From: Auanema rhodensis
Taxonomy: Eukaryota; Animalia; Nematoda
Direction of reading: 5' to 3'
Assembly: GCA_964057225.1 (NCBI GenBank)
Contig: OZ059894.1
Coordinates: 10,292,001-10,356,000 of the forward strand
Length of the DNA: 64,000 nt
Shown here in pieces: positions 1 to 13,495 of the stretch. Position 1 is the first letter of the stretch; every line of letters starts with the position of its first letter. The position numbers and the translations under genes are program-made. The notes beneath the pieces were generated by a model that searched no databases, had not been told where the DNA came from, and saw only the letters and a list, made by a program, of their open reading frames with translations.

Positions 1-1649
1 TTGAAGAGAGACAAACGAAATCAAAGGTGAATTGAAAAAAAAACGAAAGTAATTCATAGCGACGCGTTTATCCAGAACATGGAAGATGAGTTATGTTAGA
101 GGGGCTATAACAAGTAACAATAAACAGGATGGCGCAAGATGAGAAGCGCGACGAACACGTAGAAACAACCTAGACAGCGGAAAACTACGCCAACTCCGCT
201 CTATTGGAGAACACACTTTATTCAACGAGGGTAGTGAAAGTGAAAAATCATGGAAACAAGTCCCTCGCGGGAGAAAAGCAGAACAGATAATACACTGAAG
301 AAAATTACATGAAAGTGGCATCAGAACATTAGCGACATACTGTTGTTTCATGAATGAAATCAGATACGACAGCAGTGAAACTTTAATAAAACACTGCCAC
401 TAGAACAGACAAACCAACGTGAAGTGAGTGATTAGCAATCTGAGGCTGTAGGATGATAACATAGAAAACTGCTCCTTCCCACGGAGGCGTCCAAGACCGG
501 ACCTCTGAGGAACCAACCGGAACAGAACCGGACTTCACGGACACACGGATACCGGCATAAGTAAACATCCACACATGACGCAACGTTGATTGTCATAGGA
601 AAAAAATGATGAGGTATTTTTCTTCGTTTTGAAGTTGTCTTTCATCGTTGGCTCTTCCAATATCTATACGAAGAAATAGGATTCTGATTTTGTCCGGGTT
701 TGAAGCACAAAGAAATTGTAAAAACCATATCATATGGCATTTCTGCGGACATGCTGGAAAGACACATAGATGAGTTGATGAAAGCTAAGCACCGTCTAAT
801 ATGTCACATATTATCCATATGCTACGATCTCTTTCTTTATACTGGCAGAGAGACGTAAACAATTGTCGCATAGATCCTAAAATTTGAGAGAAAGGAGGAA
901 AGGCAATACATTCCATTTCTAACAGTTTATTTTGGAAACAGTTCTTACTGTCGAAAAGAAATGATATAAAGCATAGCTTGAGAATTTAGAATATTGCCGC
1001 TGATGCAATGAAAAGAAGAGAAAGTGCTTTGAGAAAGAATTATAGAAACAGGAAGACTTAGCCCATACATCTGTCTGCGCGAAAATTTTTCAAAAGAAAG
1101 CGAGGGAAGGTGTCAGACGACGGAAAGAGGAGAAGAACAAACCGAAAAATGGCAAACTTACAGAAACACGGCCGAGTCGTATAGATGTAGACGAAAAATG
1201 GAAATGTACTTAAATAACGCTGAGAAAGCTAATTAGCATTTCAGATATTCAAATCAATATAGATCAAAAAACGCTTCGCAACCGCACGCGAGATTTTTAA
1301 CAGAGCATGATTTTTCAATTAGTCCAAATTTATATTAGAATTTTAAGTGCTTTTACGGTATATGGAAATGATTAGTCATTTCTATATAGTAGCATCAAAT
1401 GTTACTTGTTGTGTGAAATCTAGTTACGTCTTGTCAGACCATGTTGTGTAGAAGCTGGGTGTCAGCAGACAGAGTAACATAGCTATGACCAGAAATGGCA
1501 TTTAAGTCAGACATAGTCTAGAGAAGCCAAAGAAAAAGACAAAATGAAAGTTATGTATATATTAAGATGTAATGAAATTGAGAAGCTTATAAGTAAAAAA
1601 AAAAGTGAATGATCATCCTGGTCTAAGTGGCAATTTGGTGCTTCTGTAC

Positions 1650-1714
1650 CTAATCGCCCCCGAAGCCGGTCCCGGCAACTTGGCTACTCCTCGGCCGGTT
1701 TCAAGAGAACACAT
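1650..1714 (-). CDS. Possible first coding exon of a gene running off the left end (MCSLETGRGVAKLPGPASGAIR)
   Basis: GC-rich island in AT-rich DNA; ATG at 1714, 21 open codons plus 2 nt, then donor AG|gtacag. No downstream exon identified in the window. Confidence 0.25.
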
Positions 1715-4700
1715 TTGAAAAAGCTGTTCGGAAGTGCGTAAAAACAAACAACCGAAAGAGGTAATGTTCTGAGTGAAAAATTGGAATTAAATAAAAGAAA
1801 CTTGGAAGATGCCATCACATACAAACAAAACAAGTGGAAATGTTTCCAATCAAGTTAGCAGAAGGCACAAAACACATGAGTCGGTTGGCCCCCTACCGTT
1901 TATTGCTGGTCCTTTGTATGGCAAATGCTAACTATATAAGGAAAATACAAATTTCCAGATGTGGGTGGTCCGGGACGACTGGTCCTATAGGTGAATGGTC
2001 AGCTAATGAGACAAATGTATAGTAGCAACTGACAATAAATTTAGTTATTTTTCAATATCATAATACGAATTCACTTTTCTTGTCAGCTGACCAGTTTCGA
2101 TAATAGATGAGAGAGAAGAGGGCAACAGTAAAATCTTAGATTGCATTATCAAGAGCACAAAAAAAGCGAATGCTAAAAAAGACGAGTTCAGAGGAAAGAA
2201 AAGATAAATAAAATAAGCCCATTTTTTGAAAACCTAGAGCCATGAACAATGCCATGTTATGTATGTATTATATAAGTGAACAAGAAACAGAAAATACGAG
2301 AGGAAAGAAAACAAAAACTAATAAAGAAAGTGAAAAGTAAGAGATACAGGCAAAAAAAGTGTCTGTTAGAGTTAATCGCATTTGTCATCTCTATTTTGTG
2401 CACGGGAAGAGGATACATTTGGAAACAAGAAATGGAAAATATCAACACAAAATCTATATACTCTGATTGAGGAATAGGAAAAATAGGTAAAGTGAAGGGA
2501 AAATAATGAAGGAACATAGAGACAAGATTAAAAACTCAGAAACAACGGTTATCAGCAAAATTTGGAATTGATGAATGAACAATTCGATGCAGACATAAAA
2601 CCCAGAAGCTTGTGCATATATGATTTGCGGTTAAACTGCACTTTCAAATATGAAATGTGTCTGAAAACGGAGACATTAAGATTTTATCAAAGTATGTGAA
2701 AATTCTTCATGCAGTTCAAGACAATTACATCTGACAGAGGAAGGAAGTTGATACCTTGAGAGAAGTAGAGAAGAAAACGATTGAAGAGAATAGAACTACA
2801 GATAATTTACGTTAGGTTTCGAATAAAAGAAACAATTGCCTTCAAAAAGTTCACTAGCCTAGCTTTCAATCATTGACTAAGGAATTGTTCAATAGATGTT
2901 TAGAGATACGAATTGATAATTGCTGTCTATTTATGCTTCTTCATATTAAGCTACTATTATTAAATAATTGAAAAAATAAAATAAATCAACGCCAGATTTC
3001 AGGACGTGCACAAACGCTCCCAGAGAAATAGAGAGAGAAAAAGAGAGGAAAAGGGGAATCCCATATAGTACAAATCGGACAAAAAGTACTTATGGTGACA
3101 AAGGAGAGAAAAAACTGTGTTTAAGATTGAAAAGTGCAAGGGTACGTTTAGATTCTTTCTTCAGGTCAGAGAATTTACGTGAAAGGGTAATGAATGAAAA
3201 GGAACATTTTTACTGATTAAATCAAAAATTTACTTTGTATGGTTACAATCAGAGACGAATCGTAGATATTAGATAAGATTGAGAATTTCTTCGACGAATC
3301 CATGTTAAGAAAGGGAAATGGAAGTTTCACTTGAATACGGCATATCTGGTTTTTTTCGACATTGCCCACAACATGCCAGGGAAAATAAAAAACGAAAATG
3401 AGCCAAAGATTATAGACAGATGATACATTGACCTGTTCTTAAACAGCTGAATCGTATAATATATTAGGCTCCTATCTCATATGGTTTTTGTATTTCGCGC
3501 TTTCGATTCTCATTTCTTCTTTTAACTTGTTGCCAGGCTTAACACTTCTATATGTCATAGCAAAAAATGGGGAGAAAAAGAGTGAGAATCCAGATTATAT
3601 TCGAGCCTGTATTAAATTTTCAAAAAGCAGCTAAGCTTCAGTGGAAACAAGCACGAATAACTATCACAACCTCCTTGACTGCTTTGGCATCTCGCTAACT
3701 CCTTGTTTCCTCTTTCCACAAATCTCTTTCTCTGCACCTTTTCGTTTTCATCTATTCCTCTCACTCCCTCTCTTTATACATTTGTCTCTCTTTATATTTT
3801 TGTCTCTCTATCTTTTTCTATTTCTCTACCTCTCTCTGACTGACGAACCGGTTAGCCGGCCTAGTAAGTCAACATGCTACTTGGCACTTGAATAGAAAAA
3901 TAGAAAAAGAAAAAGGGAAAAGAACGCAGGAATAGATGTAGAAAGTGAGAGATGTCAAGAGAAAAATATAAGAAAAAAGGATTACTAGGAACATATGAAA
4001 AGCAATGCCACTAAGATATGTAATTCATGCTATTTTCTATGATACATATATTTGGAAGAAAACTGGATATATACTATGAAAATGATGATTGTGATCGGTT
4101 AAAAACTAGGTGTCTACTATATGTTAACCAAAACTACAAGAACTACAAGAGGTCAAGTTATGGTTGAAAACGACAAAGAAATGCATAATATTGATCATAA
4201 AAATTTCATAAGTTAAAACAGGATAGACAGGTACCCAACTGAGACAGACAGTCTCGTCTTTTTCTGTATTTCGTAAAAGTAACACGTTTTACAACCTTTT
4301 ACGATACATATATGTATAAAATTCATGTTGTGTTACTATTGAAATATCCTATACTACCTCCTTCGAAGATAACTCGAGGGCATGTCTGTGTATGAAAAGA
4401 GTCAAGCTGGGGGTAGTCTAACTACAGAGAGGAAACGATGAAGAAAGTGAGAAAGAAGTTCGAAGTAGCATTGTTATAAATCAATCATATCTAATGATGG
4501 TTAAGAATTTTTGCTATTTGTTGTTTGATTGACTGATTATAAGGCAATTTTCGATACAAAAAACAAAAGTCAGCTGCTCAGAACATTTATGAAACATTCT
4601 CCTGCAATACGTTTGATAAGAAACAAATGTATAATTGGTCAGTGAATTCTATCTATTTATCTTTAAATACATATATTATCTGCTTCTAATATTTCTTTGT

Positions 4701-7700
4701 TTCATAGGCAATTTTCAGATATTGCTTATCGTCCAATCAAAACCACCCACCACCAAATTTAAAATTAATTCTCTCTAATTTGCTTTCATACAAAAGCGCT
4801 AATAGAAAAAAAAGTTGGGATGAATTACAACAATTTGTATGACATGGCGAAATGAGAAAATAGAATTGAAGATCATGAAGATGACGATTCAAGAGGTCCA
4901 AATATCGTAAAAATAGTTATAAAAAGCTGTACTAATTACTGTTATAGTTAATAGATAGAAAAAACTGGACTTTCTTCTTCATCATCCTTCTGTTTCTATT
5001 TCTCTTTTGAAATATCATCATAATATATAAATTGAAAGATGATATGATATGGTATAGTGAGAGCATCTGAAGTAATGAAGACTTCCTAGAGATCAAAGAG
5101 TACAAGACGCTTTTGAAATGTCAACGAAACAATAGTGTTTTTGTATCTCGTATTCCCACCTTCTTTCTAATTCCTATCATTCATTGCTCTAAAAAAAACA
5201 ACCAATTGTGATTAACTGGTCTATTTTTTCGTTTTACAGTATAAAAATAGATGAAATAATCCATCCAAAGCTAACTTTGCTCAAAGAAAAAAAATCGATT
5301 GATTAAGAAATCAATAAAAGGTCAGATGATCTTCATATTTTAGGAAGTCAATTGCTCATGTTTATTTTAATACTTAATACTATCCATATTCTGAAAAAGA
5401 AAAGGTATTTATGATTATAATAACAAGAAGGCAGACGATTTTGTGTATAACTAGCAATAATTATTCAATTTTCAAGATAAGAATGGAAAAGTACATTGAT
5501 TATCATAATGAAGTGTCTGCTTGATTATTTGATCTCTGAGAATTCGTAGTTATAGAGGTGTCCGATTTGCAAATAAAAGTATGAAATATCATTTTGAGAT
5601 ATTTTTGTTGCTGATTTGAGTGTAGAATCCTGATTACATTCATAGTTATTTACCAAAGAAAAAACAACTGAAAAAAGTTGTTGTTTTGTTATGAAGGATT
5701 TTCTTTGTCTACTTTTCTTTGAAATATTTTTCAGGAAAAGATTTCTAATCATCTGCTATGGTGAATACGGTAAAGTTCAACTATCGTAAACAGATTCGAA
5801 AGGAATGGATGAATGGGTGAATGATGGTGATGGAAGAGAACAAGATTTGTATCGGCACCTTTAAGGGTTTTCGTCAATTCTACTCAGAAAAAGTTTCCTG
5901 TTGATCCGATGCTTCTCATTTTTTATTGGGAGAAATTATATTGAATCTGATCGAATCATAGCGATAGATATGAACATGAAAGCGAAAAGCAGTTTGCCAT
6001 TTAGGATTATCTTGCAAGCTTTGAAGCTGTCATTATACCATGATATAATCTCACGCAACACCTGAAATCGATGAATAAATTGAAACTGGAAAGCAAAAAA
6101 ATCAAATATCATATCAAATAATGGTCATTAAAACGGTCGGCAAGATGAAGCATTTCTCTTACTTTCACTTCTTCGTTCCGTCATCATCTGTCTCTTTTCT
6201 CTAGTTTTTTCATTCTCGCAGCAGGTCTTACGAAGGTCAATTTGCGATGGCAGAGTGCCAATCTTATTTTCTAAGAAAAAAGGTGATCATATCGTAAATC
6301 GGGATCTAATAACTATGAATTTAATCGCGAAAATATAAATTAATTTAAAATATCAGAGATTGTGAAACAATTAAATTTGAAAAATATGAGGAGTAATTTT
6401 CAAGTGAAGAAAAGAAAATCAGATGAAACAATTTTTTTTTGCTGCAAAAAACAAATTCTAACAGAAACTTTTTCGTAGATGATGCCTAATTAGCATATCA
6501 CGCAACTTCAAATACAGTGACGTGACAAATCAAACATGACATTTCTATTTTTTGAATTTGGCATTCGCAGGATTGGTTGATTTCACAGGTAGGTAAGATT
6601 TTCTATTTTTCAAGTGTTTGCTCTGATAAATCATTGAGGGCAGTAGTCGTTTTTCCCATCTGATTTTCGGCGTGTATTTGCTCTAAAAAGTTCACGTGGT
6701 TCATATCTGAAATGTGCACTGAGCCCGTAAGATGAGACGTGTGGCACATGATGAAGCCATATACAAATGACAAAGAAGATTCTATTCATAAACCGAAACA
6801 ATTTGTTACTGTACGCTTTCGCATGTTCAGTTAAACAATTTATTTGAATAGAAATCTTGCTAACTTTTAAACAAAAGGCAGTCATAATGCATAGCATATG
6901 CGTCTGTTTTTAGAAAGCCACCAACCATTTTAAAATACAATTTCGATAAATATAGTCAAGATGGGGTTACTGTTTACCAATTAAAAATCGATAGGGAGCT
7001 GGTTTGTAATTTTGAATCTATTTCTGCCATACGCCAATGCGATTGTTTAGAAAACAACCTTTATTGTTGTTATTTTTTATGTTGCATTAGAAATATAATA
7101 TTGTGTCAAGTTAAATTGATTGAATGCCTGAAACTTGGGGTGAGGCAGTTTATACTTCTAGAACAGCTGTTTCAAGTTCCATCAAGTTGCGCACGCGCAC
7201 AATAAAGTTTCAGTCCAGATCAGTATTTCTCAACTAGACAAAATAAACCAGAGAAGCGTACGGAAGCTTTTTCCATATTATTGGCACTCATTTTTCCATT
7301 ATTAAACATCGATATAGTTTCCTCAATACTTCAAAGAATGCTTCATAAGCTATAGAATCGGCAAACATCCAAATAATGTTACATGAGCAAAAGAGGAAGG
7401 TCGTCTTTGTTAAAATTTGGCGCCCACATCTTCGCGCACTTGTGGTGTTGTCATTTTAAGAATTCTTCGTCATCTAATGACCGAATCGCAACATGAAAAC
7501 AGCCAAGGTCATACCGACCACCTTCACTATTTCATTCCTTATATGAAGTTTCACTTTCGCTTGAACTTTGTAACTATTTACCATTTATATAAGGTGTGAT
7601 GATCTAAAATATAAACATCGGTTATTATTGCTGTCGAAGAGTATATATATATATAATATATATATTTAGTGCGGCATATCGAAAGAACGATGAGATATTC

Positions 7701-8814
7701 TGAGAATTTTCAATTAATTGTGAAAGTTTGTGTATCTATAGATCACCATTTGCTTCAGCTTAACTATGGGCAAAGGACAGTTTTCGTACACAACGACTAT
7801 GATGATGATACCTGATCAGGGCAGTTGGCTTGATTAATGAGAATTAAGAACATCAAGTTCATTGAACAACTCTAGGGGATGAATTGGTGGTATTTTTTTA
7901 AAGTCAATCAACTATAAAGATATGAAGTTATGGGATTTTCGGGTAATGTCATGAGTTGTCATTCATTTTCGTCACATGCTATGGCAAATGCATATCTCTT
8001 GTTCACGTCCTTTTAAGCCATAAAAAATATTAGAAATTGAATAACATACATAGTGCCTCGTTTTCGAATACACGGGTTTTACCGATTTTTTTTTACATCT
8101 TGAAAAGATGTAACCGGCAACATTATCCAACTGTTCATCAGCCTTGAAGACATATTGTGGTTCTAAAACAATCACTCACGTGATGTTTTCTGGCACAGTC
8201 TTATCTAGTGGGACTCGAGCCAATCTTTGAATTCGACTATGGAGGTCAGCTGACTTGAGCCCAAACAAACCATGTGATATTATATTTAGTTACGTAAGGT
8301 TCAGAGTCAAAAAAGAAATAAATAAATTTTGGTGTTTCATAGCATGTGTTTGAACATTTTGAGATACTGAAGACGCAATGAAGACAAAAGATTCACTCTG
8401 AATGTAATCTTGTGAAAATGAGGGATTAGAGAGACTAGAAAAAACCCAATAAAGCACTCGTGTTGCCTCAAATTTTTGTGAGAAAGTGATACATATCTTT
8501 TGCATGCGGAGAAGTACAGTCCTACAACCTCTTTTCCCAAAATTTATTCTCAATTGAATTCAGAGAAAAAGTAATGAGTCATTTGAAACTCACCACCTTT
8601 AACTAAAAAAACCTTTTATCCTTCTAAATTTCACTTGGATTCCCTTTTTATATTTTTCGTTTGCTAATTCATTTAGGAGATCAAACGAAGTGATTAATCT
8701 CATTTTATCGTTTTAGCATAACGAAATACAAGAAGTTGTACGTGGATTTCACGAGAACACGCAATTGGAATTTTAAAGACATTATAACTCATTAATTGAT
8801 TATCCAATGATAAT

Positions 8815-9010
8815 ATGCCCATTACGAGTGCTTTACTAGCGACTGCAGTCATAGTACTTCTGATATATGGATTAGGATTGCTGCCGTATCTGATATCAAA
8901 ATACAGGTTTGTATCACAACCAATCGCGTACTTACTTTAAATACAGGAAACAGCTTATACCTTCTGATTCTGATGACTCAACATCAACACCAGATCATCA
9001 ACACCGATGA
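8815..9010 (+). CDS. Small single-pass membrane protein, 51 aa (MPITSALLATAVIVLLIYGLGLLPYLISKYRKQLIPSDSDDSTSTPDHQHR)
   Basis: Exons 8815-8906 and 8947-9010, joined in phase by a 40-nt gt..ag intron; ~22-aa hydrophobic stretch followed by KYRK; in-frame stop upstream of the ATG. Confidence 0.5.
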
Positions 9011-9124
9011 AAACAAAAAAGAAAGGCTACCCATTACTAATATTTATTATTTCTTGTGATATGCTGTGATGAAAGATCACATTATCATTCAAGCAGCATA
9101 CATTTTTCTCATATATTTCGAGAA

Positions 9125-12100
9125 TTAATAATGATTTCTATAATATAATTGTCTTCGACTCCTTTGATTTTCTTTTTCCGTAGACTCGGTAGAATCGTCC
9201 TCCTCATTACTATCCATTTCGTCACAAGTAATTCCTTTTCTACCTGCTGGACATCTTTTGCACTGAACTAAATCAGCTTCGTTTACAAAACATTCTCCCT
9301 GTTCTCTGAATAAAGTATTAAATTTATTAGAATCAAAAAACTATATATATACGGGCATGGACATGTTGTGCAATCTTCCGCAGTTCCCTCTAAAGATGAT
9401 CCATAAAATCCAACACTACAACGTTCACAACTATCTCCTTCGGTATTATGCTGGCAATTCTATAATGACAAATAATCGTTTTAGAACATTCAGTTTATCC
9501 ATGTATCACATGAGAATATTTTTGAAAATCATTTCTAGTTTTAAATTAAAGGTTGTGTTGAAATTGTAATATGAAAATGTTCTATGTAATATTCGCAACG
9601 CAATGAATCGAGTATGCAATTAAATTTTTGTTTTACTTAAAGAATCTAGTAGAAAAATGGAAAAAACAGTGATTAAATAAATTATTTTTACCAGACAAAT
9701 TCCACTGGAGTCGCATTCAGATGAATGACCGTTACATGCACATGAAGGAGTGTCTCTCTCCTCTTCTGTTTCAACAGTTGGAATTGGGTCACAATTTCCG
9801 ATCAGTGGATCTCCAGAAAATCCTTCATCACATCTAAAAGTTGTTTACAAGTATTTTCAATTTCTTATTGGTATATACTTATGGCACTGAACTCCATAGG
9901 TGTTGTCGGTACAATTTGTACACGTAAAAGTAATTGGATCACATGTATCTGAATGGTTGTAACATTCGCAAGAACCATCATAGTTCAAATATATTCGAAC
10001 ACAAATAGGAAGGGATTGTTCAGCGCGTACTCGTAATCTCTCACTACTAATTTCCTTAGCATGCTTTACTAAACGAGCAGCAAGAATCTGGGTTGAATGA
10101 TTTCCAGCAATACGTAAATCTTCAAATTCCTATAAAAAATGAAAATGAAATTGAATTTATTATGTATTATTCACTTCAGCTGTGTCATCACCAAACATAT
10201 GAGCAATGAAGTGACGACAACCAATATCGATAGTCTCTTGGGCGTCTTCTTTCTGTTCTCCCTCGGCACTCTGATAGAAATCATACACCTAAACACAACT
10301 CAAAATAAATAAAGAAAGTTGATAGTATTCAACCTTGTCGTACACCTGAGCATCACCAAAATTCTGATCTTGTATCATAACTCCAAGTGTCATTTTTTGA
10401 GAAGCTGTCAGCCAACTGGTTAGATCAGCTGGCTTAAATTGAACAAGACGGAAAATTTTTCGGCAAAATGCTCCATAACGATCTATTTAGAGAATATGAT
10501 ATATATTTAGTAAAACAAAGTTTACCAGCTACTTGTCTATCAGCTTCATTCAACAGATCACTAACAATTTCTTGATAACGGGTCTCTATTTGATCCACAG
10601 GAACATTATCCATGTACAAACCTTTTAGAATTTCCATATTTTCTTCTCCCAATAATCTCCACATATTATTAAGGCAATATTCCTTCAAATGCCTAAAATA
10701 TATTAACGTAAGAATAAAATTACAATGAAGTATTACGGTTCATATTGTTCTCTTAAATTTTTCCTCAAATGATAAAATTGGTTCCCAATTACGTTCATAA
10801 CCTCCCAAGCATCTCCTCCATTCCTTTTTAAACGAGAAATAATAATTTTCTTTAAAATTTTAAACATTAGAAATCAACATTGAGGAATTTGAATTACATT
10901 TCTTTCAGTTTGCCACTTGAGCCAATCTCTTTTCAAAGGTTCTGGTAAACTTTTATTATCAGTGTTTGTTGGGCCTGAAAAAAAATAAAATTATGTAATT
11001 GTATATTCAGATACCCACTCTCATCTCCAACTTGTCTAGGGCGTCTTCTTAAATCCGCTTTATAATTGAAGAATTCTCGAACAAGTTCAGTTTTTTTGCT
11101 TTCTGACATGCCATTGAAGAATCGGCGAAGCTAAAAACCTGTCAAAGTTAATTGTGTCCTTGGTGTTTAGAATTAAGAATTTCTAATGCTCCAAATTGAA
11201 CTTGAGACTTTATCAGAAACAATATCTTTGTTTCCATGTAAAAAATACTGGAGTATCATTAGAAAAACAAAGTGAACCTAGTATCTATCGCAATATCAAT
11301 AATTGAACAAGTTAATGTTTTGAACAAAAAATTTAAAACTTACAGCAATTTCAATATCTTGCTTTCTTCCAGTTACACGGTATAAATGATGGAGTTCATT
11401 CAATTGCCTTGGTGATAAAAGTTCCTCAATGTGAATAGCATCTTCACTTCCCAAATATCTAAAATTATTAAAATCATTACAGAAAAATATATTTATTTAC
11501 CTTTTTTTAAGGTCCAGTATTCTTTGATATTTTTTGATTAAAAATTGAGTATTTTTCAAGCAATCTTCATCGTCTGGCTTATTAATTTCTCTTGCTAATT
11601 TTATTGCGAAGTCTCTGTAAATGTTTAAAAACTTATCAATTTTTATCAATTTTTATTATCTTTTAGGCGAAAATTATTTTTTTAAGTTCAAAAAATCAAT
11701 AATAAATGACCACGCCGCGTGATTACTCACGTAATTTTAATGTCAATTTTAAAATTAACGTTAGGAAAACCAGCTGTACGTGGAGAACTACCATAGAAAA
11801 TTAAATCCTACAAGAAAATATTGAAAACGTGACTAATCATAATTTTTCTCAGCTTAGTGTCCCTCCCTCGCCAATTACGTTTGTTCAGTTACTTATAAAT
11901 TCCAAATAAAAGTTTTTGTTGGAATACAAAACGAGGAAGTCACACAGAACAATTGTCAATCGAAGCAAAGAATTTAAGATTGACAGCGACATATGAATAT
12001 ATGTATATATCTACTGATGAATGACACTATGATTTGATGGAGAGTTTAAAATAACTGAGTGATGTAATAAGATATTTGGTTTAAGGACACAAATTAAATA

Positions 12101-12516
12101 ATTTAGGTACTAAGATAAAAATTGCGAAATACTATTTGGTTGCTATTGATCAAATTTTGAGAGAAAACGATGTACCTGAAATGAAAGAAATGGCCCTTAA
12201 TCAGTAAATTCTGAAGGGCTGTTCTTTTATCCTCTTCTATATCTTCTATCCATGAGGTACAGTCATCGAGCCGTGTAATCAGAGCTCTCCTAGTGGCAAC
12301 CAGACGTTCCTCAATTGACTGTGCAGATTGTTCTTCTGATACTTCGTCCTAAATGGTGAAGTGTACTAAGCCACCATTACTGAAATAGCTCAGTTTTTGT
12401 TGAAATGCAAAAAACTAAATTCAGTAATAATAGATTATAAAAAATCATACGTGAGGATAACAATATGCATAGCCAATGACAACTACTACAACAATAGTCT
12501 TTAGAAGGCGTATCAT
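9125..12516 (-). CDS. Secreted protein (~625 aa): signal peptide + 2-3 divergent NPA/ABA-1-type lipid-binding units + ~2.7 laminin-type EGF (LE) domains + acidic tail
   Basis: 14 phase-consistent exons traced from ATG 12516 ([22 protein letters not shown]) to TAA 9125. NPA-like segments: [20 protein letters not shown]...LKEYC..LLGEEN...CRKIF and SWLTASQK...[35 protein letters not shown]...CVRIY. Then [45 protein letters not shown] and [47 protein letters not shown] (8-Cys LE pattern), and a 6-Cys partial LE. Confidence 0.88.
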
Positions 12517-13495
12517 TGTGGATTAGAAGTTGTCGGCAATTGTCCACGCTCCAAACGACCAATCCAACGGCTTTTCGCCCGGTTGTAGTCCAATTGTCCT
12601 CTTATCAATTCCGTTAGACAAAATTTCGACCGATATCAGCTGATATTCGGTTACTATTCTAGGATATTTTTGTAATTTATAAGTCTTTATTAATGGCGAT
12701 ATCACAAATTTTCGCAACATTTGCGGTCTGGAACTGGAAGAATGTTTCCAGATACCATATTTGCAACAAGGTAAATTTTTTATAGTTAGAAATTCAGAAG
12801 TTTTACAATGGAAAGAATCTGAGAATCCAAAAATAATAAAGAAATACCATTAATGAACTCAGAACAAAAAAAAGTATACAGAAAACAAAGGTTATATAAT
12901 TAGGTGAAACGGAGAAAAAATGACTGAAGATAATAGAAAATTGATTTATATTTTTACTCTCCGTGTCATCGAAACATCAACATTGAGACACAGATGAAGA
13001 GAAGACCGTTCAATCGATCGGACGTGCCGTCGTTGTATCTGATATTATCACAACAGCCACGAAACATCATCAAGGGGGGAAAGAAATAGGAGACATGTCG
13101 ACGACGTTATGCTGAAACTAACTCATCTCTCAAGCTATCATCAGTCTTGGAAGCCAAAATGCTTTCTGTTCTTTCCTGTTCAATCATCTCAGTCAGACAT
13201 TGACGTGAATGTATTCTTAAAAATGATTCACGGAACAGCACTTTCCTTGGTGAAGTAATACTTGACGTTCGAGGCCCTGACATCCATCACGTCTATCAAC
13301 TGTCATCATAGGCGACATGCCTTCCCCCAAAGTCGTACCCGACATATGTTGATAAAGAAACAAATTTTTGAGAAAACTCAGATAAACGATCAGTTTTTCC
13401 AACATCAGGGAATAATTTATTTCGTATTAATTTAATAATGTATATATATATTAATGAATTCATATTAAAAAACAATAAAAAAGACTAATGAGGAT

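Noticed and set aside
420-3860. ACCGG clusters and an AACCGGTT Grainyhead-type site
   Set aside because: Short motifs expected by chance; no target gene or conservation visible.
7130-7600. Possible BTB/Skp1-like pseudogene on the minus strand
   Set aside because: Multiple stops in all frames and only vague similarity.
8337-8540. KEVVGLYFSA resembling a nucleoredoxin motif
   Set aside because: No following WCPPC and no consistent exon structure; likely chance or a heavily decayed remnant.
11731-11808. Exon-like segment with good splice sites inside intron 2 of the NPA-LE gene
   Set aside because: Its open frame starts in phase 0 while the preceding exon ends in phase 2, and its ATG frame hits a stop in the next exon; the gene reads through without it. 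It could only work as a replacement for exon 2.
13217-13405. Extra 3' exon extending npa-1 towards the NPA-LE gene
   Set aside because: npa-1 has a stop plus AATAAA, the downstream gene has its own signal peptide, and no suitable acceptor was found.
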